A stretch of DNA of 24,296 nucleotides. Origin: Candidatus Tectimicrobiota bacterium. GTDB taxonomy: Bacteria; JACPUC01. Positions 1 to 7,920 of this stretch are shown here, in pieces. Within the stretch, counting starts at the first letter, position 1, and the number at the start of each line of letters is the position of its first letter. A program made the position numbers and the translations under genes. Location of the stretch: the NCBI GenBank assembly GCA_016192455.1, contig JACPUC010000008.1, forward strand, positions 310,001 to 334,296, written 5' to 3'. The notes under the pieces were generated by a model. That model was not told the DNA's origin. It searched no databases and worked only from the letters and a program-made list of their open reading frames with translations.

Positions 1-2
1 AG

Positions 3-293
3 GAAGGCTCGCTCCCCAGCGATGAGCTGCGCCTTGCCGTCCTCGTGGGCTTCCTGGGGGCCTTCACGACCTTCTCGACGTTCAGCTTCGAGGCGGGTAT
101 GCTATTGCGCTCCGCGCAGTGGTGGTGGGCGGCGGGCTACCTCCTGCTGAGCAATATCGCGGGCGTTGTTCTGGCGCTTGCAGGCATGACGCTCGTGCGC
201 GTATTCTACAGGGGCGCTCGGCAAGCCGGGCCGTTGGCTCGGCTCTTCGCCACGGCCGAAGAAATTTCGTTGCAGGGTCGAGAGAGCGGCTGA
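3..293 (+). CDS. crcB: Fluoride efflux channel FluC/CrcB, 5'-truncated by window edge
   Basis: Frame is open from the window start (EGSLPSDELRLAVLVGFLGAFTTFSTFSFE). GFLGAFTTFSTF is the FluC signature and is followed by a hydrophobic helix. Confidence 0.93.
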   Translation, partial: EGSLPSDELRLAVLVGFLGAFTTFSTFSFEAGMLLRSAQWWWAAGYLLLSNIAGVVLALAGMTLVRVFYRGARQAGPLARLFATAEEISLQGRESG

Positions 294-423
294 CGCCCCT
301 GCCCTCGCCGCGAATGCCTTGCGCGCGCGCCGAATCAGGCAAGCGAACTGGACCCGCGGAGGTAACGCCGCAGCCCTCCCACGAAGGCAATGGAGCGCTG
401 CGCTGGAGCTTGAAGGACCGCCG

Positions 424-1878
424 ATGCAGCAACGAAGCAGGAAACTCCTGTCGCGCCTTGCTCTTGCCGCCCCCGCCCTGCTGGGTGCGCTGCTCTGGTC
501 GCTCTGGTTCACGGCGCCGAGCTGGGCCGAAGCAACCGCCGCCGCGCCCGCCGCCGGCGTGGCGCCGTCGCTGCAGGCGCAGCGCCAGGTTCTCCCGAAC
601 GGTCTCGTCGTGCTCGTGGCCCAGAAGCGCAAGCTCCCCATTCTGCGGGCGCAGCTCCTGCTGCGCGTTGGCGCGGCGCACGAGCCCGAGATCCAGGCGG
701 GGCTGGTGAACCTCCTGGCGGCCCTCCTCGACAAGGGGGCTGGAGAGCGCAGCGCGGCTGAGATCGCCGAGACCATCGAGTTCCTTGGCGGCAGTCTGAG
801 CGTCGACGCCTCGGCCTTCACCCTGGAGGTCGAGCTGGAGGTCCTCTCGAAGGACAGCACGCCCGGCTTCGAGCTCCTCCGGGATGTGGTGCGCCGGGCG
901 ACCTTCGCCCCGGCCGAGGTGGAGCGCGCCCGCGCCGCAATCCTCTCCGAGCTGGCGCGGCGCGCCGAGAACCCGAACCAGGTCGCCGCTGATGCCTTCC
1001 GCGAGCTCCTCTACGGCGAGCATCCCTTGCATCGCCCCGTGGAAGGCTACGAGAGGACCGTCGCCAAGCTGACGCGGGAAGACGTCGTGGCGTTCTACGA
1101 TCGCTTCGTGCGACCCGGGCACGGCATCCTGGTCATCGTCTCCGACCTGCCGGCCGAGCGCATGCTGGCCCTGGCGCGGGCCGCCTTCGACTCCTGGGAA
1201 CGCGGCGCGGCAGCGGTGCCCGAGGTTCCCGCGGCGGCGGCGCCCCGCGGCCTGCGGGTGCGGGTGGTGGACCGCGAGGTCAACCAGTCCTACGTGCAGC
1301 TCGGCCACCTGGGAGTGCCGCGCGCCAGCCCCGACTACAACGCCGCGCGCGCCATGAACTACATCCTGGGCGGCAGCGGCTTCTCGTCGCGCCTCTACGA
1401 GACGGTGCGCGAGCAGCACGGTCTGGCGTACTCGGTGCACTCTTACTTCCAGCCGCAGGGGCGCGGGCCGGGGAGGTTCGAGGTGGGGCTGCAGACGAAG
1501 ATCGCCAGCACCTCGCAGGCCCTCGACGAGGTCTTCCGCGAGCTGGAGCGCATGCGCCAGGCGCCGGTGAGCGCCGACGAGCTGAAGGCGACGCAGGAGT
1601 ACTACCGCGGCTCCCTGCCGCGCCTGACGGAGCGCTATGGCCAGGTCGCCGAGCTGCTCCTCACCCAGGAATACCACGGCCTGCCGGCGGAGTTCTGGCG
1701 ACACGACATCGACGCCATCGAGCGCCTGACGGCGGCGGACATCCAGCGCGCCGCCAAGCAGTACCTCCACCCGCGCGACCTCGTCGTTTCCATCGCCACG
1801 AAGCGGGCCGAGCTGAAGCTGACCACCCCCGCCCTGCAAGGGGCGGAGATGCTCCCCGGCGACGGCGCGGCGCGCTGA
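424..1878 (+). CDS. M16 (pitrilysin/insulinase) family peptidase homologue, secreted, probably non-catalytic subunit
   Basis: ATG 424 follows GAAGGA. Signal peptide-like N-terminus; LPNGLVV, HPLHRPVEG, LGGSGFSSRLYETVREQHGLAYSV motifs. The HXXEH position reads NLLAA. Confidence 0.88.
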   Translation: MQQRSRKLLSRLALAAPALLGALLWSLWFTAPSWAEATAAAPAAGVAPSLQAQRQVLPNGLVVLVAQKRKLPILRAQLLLRVGAAHEPEIQAGLVNLLAALLDKGAGERSAAEIAETIEFLGGSLSVDASAFTLEVELEVLSKDSTPGFELLRDVVRRATFAPAEVERARAAILSELARRAENPNQVAADAFRELLYGEHPLHRPVEGYERTVAKLTREDVVAFYDRFVRPGHGILVIVSDLPAERMLALARAAFDSWERGAAAVPEVPAAAAPRGLRVRVVDREVNQSYVQLGHLGVPRASPDYNAARAMNYILGGSGFSSRLYETVREQHGLAYSVHSYFQPQGRGPGRFEVGLQTKIASTSQALDEVFRELERMRQAPVSADELKATQEYYRGSLPRLTERYGQVAELLLTQEYHGLPAEFWRHDIDAIERLTAADIQRAAKQYLHPRDLVVSIATKRAELKLTTPALQGAEMLPGDGAAR

Positions 1879-1887
1879 CGTAGTACC

Positions 1888-1915
1888 CCACGAATTTCGC
1901 GCTCTCAATTCGTGG
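1888..1915 (+). terminator. Inverted repeat just downstream of the M16 gene, possible terminator
   Basis: CCACGAATT-N10-AATTCGTGG followed by AGATTTTT, between convergent genes. Confidence 0.45.
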
Positions 1916-1936
1916 AGATTTTTACCGCGAGGGAAC

Positions 1937-1956
1937 CTCGCCCCCTCGCGCACCCC
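1937..1956 (+). repeat. 20-bp dispersed intergenic repeat, copy 1
   Basis: CTCGCCCCCTCGCGCACCCC; exact reverse complement at 13127-13146. Confidence 0.75.
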
Positions 1957-2080
1957 ATGTACGCGAGCTGCGCGGTAGCCCGCGCAGCCCCCACGCCCCC
2001 CCGGCGTGCCTGAGGCTTTCACCACCTCACCACATTCCCGCCACCCCTTCCGTCAGCGTCTCCCTCGACGAGCCTCACTC

Positions 2081-3298
2081 TCATGATGACGCGACGGATG
2101 CCTTCACCGTTTCGGCGCGCAGCAGCTCCCGTTCCGGCTCCGGCATCGGCAGGCGGCTGAAGACGAGGAACATCCACAGCGCCAGCATGCCGAGCGCGCC
2201 GGCGGCGTAGTAGATCCACGCCACGCCGAGGAGGTTGAGGAGCGCGCCGCCGACAAAGCCGCTGCCGACCATGCCGACGCTCTGCGCCATCATGAACATC
2301 CCCTGCGAGGCCCCCATGCCGCAGTCGCGCCCGAACTCCACGGTGATCGCCGCCATCGTCGGCAGGAGGAGGGCGTCGGCAAGCCCCAGGACGAGGCTGC
2401 TGATCAGGAGCTGGGTGAAGGTGCCGCTGCGGGCGATGAGCACCAGGGAGAGGGTGTGGATGCCGATCCCCACCGCCATCAGCAGGCGCCGGTCAAATCG
2501 GTCGGCAAGCCAGCCGCAGGGCACCTGGAGCAACGTGCCCAGCATCAGCTCGAGGGTAAGCACCGTGCCGACACGGGTGCTGCTGATGCCGAGGCTTGAA
2601 CGGCCCAGGATCGGCAGGAAACTGAAGAGGGAGCCATGCCCCAACGCCGCCAGGGCGCGGAAGAGGAGGAAGCCCCGCAACGTCGGCACGCGCCAGAAGA
2701 GCCGCAAGGGGAGCGACCTGCCGGCCCCCTCCACGGCGCCCACCAAGAGGGGACGCGCCGGCAAGGCCAGCGCCACGAGCAGACCCGCCGCCAGGTTCAA
2801 GACTCCCGTGAGGGCGAACGCCGCCTGCAGGGACCAGGCATCCTTGACGTAGCCGCCCAGCATCGGCCCCACCCCGAACCCCGCGAACATGGCGATATTG
2901 AAGGCGCCCATGTAGCGCCCCTCGCGCAGGCGCGGCGTCAGGTCCCCGACGTAGGCCTGGGCGATCGGCAGCACCATGGCCGAGGCCACTCCCTGCACGA
3001 AGCGCAGGAGCACGATCTCGGTGAGGTCGTCAACCAGCGCGTAGGCGAGGCCGATGCCAGCCGAGGCGAAGAGGCCCCAGGTGATGAACGGTTTGCGCCG
3101 CGTGCGGTCAGACCAGCGACCGAACGCCGGCAGCGCCAGGGTGCGCGACACCGAGAAGGAGGAGAACATGAGCGCCAGCCACATGCCGCCGGCCCCCAGG
3201 TCCAGGGCATAGAGCGGCAGCAGCGGCACCACCACCCCGAGCCCGAACAGGGCGGCGAACGTGGCGCAGAAGAGGACGATGAACTCGCGTTGGAACAT
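2081..3298 (-). CDS. MFS transporter (DHA1/TetA-like)
   Basis: About 12 hydrophobic segments; motif A twice (GRWSDRTRRK, GWLADRFDRR); RFVQG; GFGVGPMLGG. Start placed at MFQREF because the upstream extension is not protein-like. Confidence 0.9.
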   Translation of the reverse strand: MFQREFIVLFCATFAALFGLGVVVPLLPLYALDLGAGGMWLALMFSSFSVSRTLALPAFGRWSDRTRRKPFITWGLFASAGIGLAYALVDDLTEIVLLRFVQGVASAMVLPIAQAYVGDLTPRLREGRYMGAFNIAMFAGFGVGPMLGGYVKDAWSLQAAFALTGVLNLAAGLLVALALPARPLLVGAVEGAGRSLPLRLFWRVPTLRGFLLFRALAALGHGSLFSFLPILGRSSLGISSTRVGTVLTLELMLGTLLQVPCGWLADRFDRRLLMAVGIGIHTLSLVLIARSGTFTQLLISSLVLGLADALLLPTMAAITVEFGRDCGMGASQGMFMMAQSVGMVGSGFVGGALLNLLGVAWIYYAAGALGMLALWMFLVFSRLPMPEPERELLRAETVKASVASS

Positions 3299-3672
3299 GA
3301 TCCGACCTGCAGCAGCCCGCACGACTCCTGGCGGGGAGGGGAGTGGGGCTGGAACGTGCTGGACTGTGGCACGGTGCAGCCGCGAGGTAAAGGGCAAAGC
3401 CAGCGCCGCCACAACTTCACCCTCATGCCGAGGAGTCGATCCTGTCGCTTCCCCGCCCCGATCCCTTCGCGGAGCCGCGGTGATTCCCTTCGCGGGCGAC
3501 CCTGCGCCGGGGGGCGCCAGGCGGACGCGGTCGCTGTTTCGAACGGGCCTCCACTTCGGCTTCAAGAGAGCAAGGGGCCCGGCCGACCTGTCCCCCAGGC
3601 GGCTGCCCCAGCGGGAGTTCCGCCAGCCGCTGTCACTCGGCGAGGTCGTGGTCCCCTTCTGTTAAGCAGTTC

Positions 3673-3720
3673 ACACAAGATCTGGTAAGGGTTTTGGCAG
3701 TTAACCACAATATACGCAAA
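3673..3720. promoter_or_regulatory. Weaker tandem pair of NrdR-box-like sites
   Basis: ACACAAGATCTGGTAA (3673-3688) and CCACAATATACGCAAA (3705-3720), starts 32 bp apart. Partial match to acaCwAtATaTwGtgt; the second site matches only in its left half. Confidence 0.4.
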
Positions 3721-3897
3721 GATCCCCCTGATTTCAGCCGCTAAGCCCGCCGCCACGCGAAACGCCACAGGATGCCAGGAATACGGCACAAGATTCAGGA
3801 AATCAACGTGTTCCGGTCTACCCCTGGATTCGACACGGTCCGTTCCGGCAACGGCTCGTACGGACGCCATGCAGGGAGGAGGTTAAGATTTTGGCTG

Positions 3898-3945
3898 CCA
3901 CTATATCTTGTGCTGTCTTTCTGGCTCCTCTCCAATATCTTGTAT
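3898..3945. promoter_or_regulatory. Tandem NrdR-box-like operator pair
   Basis: CCACTATATCTTGTGC (3898-3913) and CTCCAATATCTTGTAT (3930-3945) match the NrdR consensus core and are 32 bp apart. TTGACA follows at 3953-3958. Confidence 0.68.
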
Positions 3946-4195
3946 TTTTCTCTTGACAACTTCGTTCTCTAGTGGAATCGTATGGCGAAGGTAAGTCCTG
4001 TCGGCAAGGGGCGGCAGGGCAGCAGCATGCAGGGGAGTCCAAGGTTCTGAGAAGCGGCATGTATGGCGCGCCTTCGTGTCACGCCGGGAACGCCACAGCG
4101 ACGGGGTGAGGGGCCGCGCGCGCGGCGGCATTCGCCACCGGGGCGCTTGGGCATCGAGGCAGGTCAGGAGGCTGGCATTGCAGGGGAGAGGAACG

Positions 4196-4855
4196 ATGAA
4201 GTTCAAGGAACGTATTCGCGAGCTTCGCACCGCATTGGGCCTCTCGCAGCGGCAGTTCGCCGAGGTGGCGGGGCTCAGCACCACGGCGATCTACTACTAC
4301 GAGTGTGGCCGGCGCATCCCGCGCGAGAAGAGCTTGCAGAAGATCATCTCCTCCTTCCACATCAGCCCGAAGAAGTTCTACAACGGGCTGCGCCTCCAGG
4401 AAGAGCGCCAGGGGCGCAAGATTTACATGGAGGCGGAGTGGCTGCGCTCGCTCTACGTGGATCAGGGCTTCACGGCAGCCCAGATCGCCCGCCTGCGGAG
4501 TTGCAGCAAGTCCGCCGTCCTCTCCAGGCTGCGGGAGTACAACATCGAGCGCCGGCCCCGCTTTGGCCGTTCCGGCCCGCAGAGGATTATGAGCCATCCC
4601 GAGGTGGTGCAGGAGCTCTTGGCGAACCGCTTCGAGTGCCAGGAATGGTTGGGTCTCCTGCCGTCCACGGAGGCATGGGTGTTGACCCGCCGTCTCGGTC
4701 TCCTCGGCGAGCGGGTGCACACCCTGCAGGAGCTGGGCAATTCGTTGGGGCTGACGCGCGAGCGCATCCGCCAGATTCAGAACAGCGGCCTTGATCGTCT
4801 GCGCCGCCTGCACGTGACCGCCCCGACCTTCGTGCGCGCCGTCGCGGCTGGCTAG
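4196..4855 (+). CDS. Multi-HTH transcription regulator: XRE HTH + central HTH + sigma70 region-4-like domain
   Basis: ATG 4196 follows GGGGAGAGG. XRE: IRELRTALGLSQRQFAEVAGLSTTAIYYYECGRRIP. Second HTH: WLRSLYVDQGFTAAQIARLRSCSKSAVLSRLREYNI. Sigma4: VLTRRLGL..HTLQELGNSLGLTRERIRQIQNSGLDRLR. Confidence 0.88.
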   Translation: MKFKERIRELRTALGLSQRQFAEVAGLSTTAIYYYECGRRIPREKSLQKIISSFHISPKKFYNGLRLQEERQGRKIYMEAEWLRSLYVDQGFTAAQIARLRSCSKSAVLSRLREYNIERRPRFGRSGPQRIMSHPEVVQELLANRFECQEWLGLLPSTEAWVLTRRLGLLGERVHTLQELGNSLGLTRERIRQIQNSGLDRLRRLHVTAPTFVRAVAAG

Positions 4856-4961
4856 CGGGACATCTGAAGCGTGCGTTGGCGGATTTGATCCGTTCCAGGT
4901 GGCGTTGGTAGGCTGGTTTCTTGTAGGGAAGCCTTGCTCCTCTCCACTTCTCACATCGGTT

Positions 4962-4994
4962 CCCTCTCTTCTTGGGAGAGGGGCCGGGGTGAGG
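4962..4994. repeat. REP-like palindromic element
   Basis: CCCTCTCTT-CTT-GGGAGAGGG followed by GCCGGGGTGAGG, the widespread CCTCACCCCxxCCCTCTCCC-type intergenic repeat, between convergent genes. Confidence 0.6.
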
Positions 4995-5103
4995 TTTGGC
5001 CGGGGGGGCGCGGATTCGACGCCTCCCTGACATCCTGTCTCGCAGGCGAGGGATACGGTCTCCCCGGCGGTCTCTCGCCTTCGTCCCGGGGCGCGCCGCG
5101 CCA

Positions 5104-6057
5104 TCATTCCCTCCCCGCCTCTTGCCGCACAAATAGCTCGATTGCCGGCAGGGTCTCGAGCACCAGCTCGCCCACCACTTTGAGGCTCTTCAAGCTCAGC
5201 TTATCCAGGGTATCCTCGGCGGTGTGCCAGAACGGTCCCGGCTCCGTTGCCGCGCCGTACGAGAAGTCGATGAGGTCGACGGCGGGGATACCGGCCCGCC
5301 GGAAGGGGAGGTGGTCATCCTGAATGCTCGACTCCCGGCTGCTGAAGAACCCTTCCAACCGCAGGCGACGGGCGCTCTCCAGGAAGAGCCCGAGGAGCGC
5401 GGGTGAGGAGAACCCTTCCCGCAGGAGGTTGAGGTCACGGTCGCCGACGAGGTCCAGGATCACCGCGGCCTTGATCGCCGCCAGCCATCCCTCCTCCTCC
5501 CCCACCTCGATGAAATGCCGGCTGCCGTACAGTCCATCGACTGACGAGAAGTCCCGCAAGGCCTCTTCGCCATCGAAGAAGACAAAGAGCAGGGTCAAGC
5601 GCTGGGGCTTGGCGGCAAGCACGCGCGCCAGCTCCAGGAGCACCCCGACGCCCGATCCCCCATCATTGGCCCCCACAAAGGTGAAGGTGGAAAAGAGCTT
5701 CGTGTCGTAGTGGCAGGCCAGCACCAGGGCCGCCGGCTCCTCTCCCGCCAGGATGCCGACGATGTTGGTCATCTCCATCTCACCGAGCGGGGTCGCGGCG
5801 GTGAAACGCTGCAGCTCCACGCGCAGTCCCGCCGCCTCGAGCTGCTTCGCGAGGTACTCCTGGACTCGGCGCGACGCCGCCGTTCCGGGCGGATGCGGAC
5901 CGAAGTCAACGAAACGCTTGACGTGCTCGTAGGCGCGCGCGGCATCGAAGCGGGGCGCAGCCGGGAGAAGCGTGGTGGGGGCGCTTTGCGCCGCGAGAGG
6001 AAGGACTACCAGCCAGCTCAGGAGCATGGGTGGGAGGAGGCGGAGACGACGACGCAC
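5104..6057 (-). CDS. M28 family zinc enzyme, glutaminyl-peptide cyclotransferase-like, with signal peptide
   Basis: LACHYDTK, GANDGGSG, FFDGEEA, DGLYGSRH, LDLVG, IQDDHLPF and WHTAEDT parallel the motifs of animal-type glutaminyl cyclase. Confidence 0.85.
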   Translation of the reverse strand: MRRRLRLLPPMLLSWLVVLPLAAQSAPTTLLPAAPRFDAARAYEHVKRFVDFGPHPPGTAASRRVQEYLAKQLEAAGLRVELQRFTAATPLGEMEMTNIVGILAGEEPAALVLACHYDTKLFSTFTFVGANDGGSGVGVLLELARVLAAKPQRLTLLFVFFDGEEALRDFSSVDGLYGSRHFIEVGEEEGWLAAIKAAVILDLVGDRDLNLLREGFSSPALLGLFLESARRLRLEGFFSSRESSIQDDHLPFRRAGIPAVDLIDFSYGAATEPGPFWHTAEDTLDKLSLKSLKVVGELVLETLPAIELFVRQEAGRE

Positions 6058-6293
6058 GGTGAGAACTTACCGGAAGGGAAGAGGTGCGGCACGCTGTTCA
6101 GGTCTGCGTGGTCCTGCGCTTGCCCGCGCCAGCCAATCGTACGTGAAGTGCGCGGCTGTGGCAAGGAAGCTGCCTTCGCTCAGCTCGTCGGGAGCTTGGC
6201 ACGAACCGCGGTGGGGTTCTCGAGCGTGCGACCGGGAGGGAGCCTTGGCGCCGCGATGGTCGGGAATCCGCCGCCGGAGCGCGCGGTCGGCGA

Positions 6294-6863
6294 TCAGACC
6301 CTTCTCACCTTGGCCAGCCAGCGACGCACGGTGGCGAGGCGGATGTTCGCCGGCAGCGCCTGAAGCGCGGTAACGAGATCGTAGAGCTCTTCATCGGCCT
6401 CGGCGCGCAAGACGATGGGAGCCGCGCTCTCCTGCTTGGAGCGTGGGAGCGGAGCGGCGCCGCCGCCGGCCGGCAGCGCCGTCCCCCGCGCAAGGGGCGC
6501 GCGCATCACATACTCGGATGGTTCCTCGCGCACGCCGCCTGAACGGGCAACAAAAGCCGCATCGACGAGGTAGCCCTCCACCCCCCGCAGCCCCGGCCCC
6601 TGGCGCGCGAGGCGCGCCGGAACACGCTCCTCCCACTGGATAGGCGCCTCCTCCTGGAAGCCGAGCAACCAGTCGGCACTGACGTCGAAGACGCTACAGA
6701 TCTTCTTCAGGAGATTGCGGCTCAACCCCTGCTTGCCCGATTCAATCACCGAGATGAAGGCGCGCGACATGCCAAGGCGCCGAGCAAACTCGGCCTGCGT
6801 GAGGCCGTGCCCTTGCCGCAGCAACCGCAGTCGAGCAGAAGGATTGCTTTTATTTGTTGACAT
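6294..6863 (-). CDS. XRE-family HTH transcriptional regulator (XRE-A)
   Basis: RLRLLRQGHGLTQAEFARRLGMSRAFISVIESGKQGLS...FDVSADWLLG, then a low-complexity linker and a short helical C-terminal domain. Confidence 0.88.
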   Translation of the reverse strand: MSTNKSNPSARLRLLRQGHGLTQAEFARRLGMSRAFISVIESGKQGLSRNLLKKICSVFDVSADWLLGFQEEAPIQWEERVPARLARQGPGLRGVEGYLVDAAFVARSGGVREEPSEYVMRAPLARGTALPAGGGAAPLPRSKQESAAPIVLRAEADEELYDLVTALQALPANIRLATVRRWLAKVRRV

Positions 6864-6885
6864 CCTGTTGATCCACGCCTATCTT
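6857..6885 (+). promoter_or_regulatory. sigma70-type promoter overlapping the XRE-A start codon on the opposite strand
   Basis: TTGACA (6857-6862), 17 bp, TATCTT (6880-6885), with an AT-rich tract upstream. Confidence 0.55.
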
Positions 6886-7164
6886 CAGGGTTGAGGCGGC
6901 GAACCGTGACGCCAAGGCGGTCCCGGGGCCGCGCCGGCTCTCTCCCGCCTCTGGGTCGCCGCCGGCGGCGCGGCAGGGCGTCGCCGCTGGCGGTCCCCTG
7001 CGGTCGGTCGCACGCTTCTCGCCTCGGCGGAGCGTTGCTGCTCGGCGTGCGCCTGAAGAACGCCGAACGCGCCTCGGCGCGTCGCCCGCGAGCGCAAGAG
7101 AGGTGAAACTCGCTGAGAAAACGACTTCGGCAAAGGCACCAACGTAGGTGTGATTCATTCACTC

Positions 7165-7193
7165 TGTGTAGAACGCTATAGGCGCCGTGTCAA
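7165..7193 (-). promoter_or_regulatory. Candidate sigma70-type promoter for XRE-A
   Basis: Minus strand TTGACA (7193-7188), 17 bp, TACACA; the -10 is weak. Confidence 0.45.
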
Positions 7194-7427
7194 CACCTCT
7201 TTGCAGAAATGCAAGGTGAGTGGCAGACAAGGAGCAAGGCAAGCATGACTGCGATCCCCGCGCGGGAGGGTGGCCGATCAAGGCGGCCGCCGCAAGTCGA
7301 AGCAGGGAGCCACGCGGAGCCAGGCGCCTGTCGCCTGCTCAGATCTCGCTGCAGCACGCCGATCCTCTTCGAACTGGAGATCGTTGCTTCACAACAAAGG
7401 ATGACGATGATCATAAATCACAAACAT

Positions 7428-7452
7428 CTTATTTCTGTATATCAAAAATAAG
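7428..7452. promoter_or_regulatory. 25-bp AT-rich imperfect palindrome, candidate operator
   Basis: CTTATTT-C-TG-TATAT-CA-A-AAATAAG. Confidence 0.4.
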
Positions 7453-7572
7453 CGTTTTGCTTTTAACATGAGAGAAAATCGTGTCCACTGCCTGTCACCC
7501 CATGCAGTGATCAAGGGAGAAAAAATTCGCCCCGGAAAGATCTTCAAGCTTCAAAAAGTCGTTGCAGAAAGT

Positions 7573-7601
7573 TCGACACTTTGCTAAATAGACTCTATAC
7601 T
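7573..7601 (+). promoter_or_regulatory. sigma70-type promoter for XRE-B/immA
   Basis: TCGACA (7573-7578), 17 bp, TATACT (7596-7601). The -35 lies within the palindrome AAAGT-N5-ACTTT (7568-7582). Confidence 0.6.
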
Positions 7602-7920
7602 TGATTATACAAAGTACTGCTACTACTGGTTTGGTCTCATTCGGGACTGTGGTGGAGGGGAACAGGGAGGGCACTGTGGCGGCATGGGCGGTCGAGCTTT
7701 ACCTCCCCCATTCCCTGCTGCCACTCATCGCCGGCCTGGAGGGGTCTTCGATGAGCTTTCATGGTGGCGCTGCACGCCACACCACGGCGTGGATCGCTGC
7801 CCCTGGCCGGGACGAAACCTGAAGTTCGAGACTCTACCATAAATCAGGCTGCTTTGGGCGGCAGCCTGGGCAGCGTAGACAGGCGGCCTGCTGGCGAAAG
7901 GAGCCAGAGGAGGCCAGAAG

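Noticed and set aside
82-2025. Long antisense/alternate-frame ORFs (also 2636-3688, 13040-14356, 15224-16966, 17207-18763, 18857-19951, 20975-22405, 23134-24168)
   Set aside because: Shadows of well-supported genes on the opposite strand in high-GC DNA; no motifs of their own.
4196-4855. Calling the triple-HTH protein a sigma factor
   Set aside because: No region 2 is visible, only region 4.
7435-7450. E. coli-type SOS box (CTGTATAT...)
   Set aside because: The right half-site ACAG is missing.
6891-7822. Small ORFs in the XRE spacer (6891-7106, 7209-7451, 7220-7471, 7601-7822) as a Cro-like gene
   Set aside because: No HTH pattern, atypical composition, and overlap with promoter elements.
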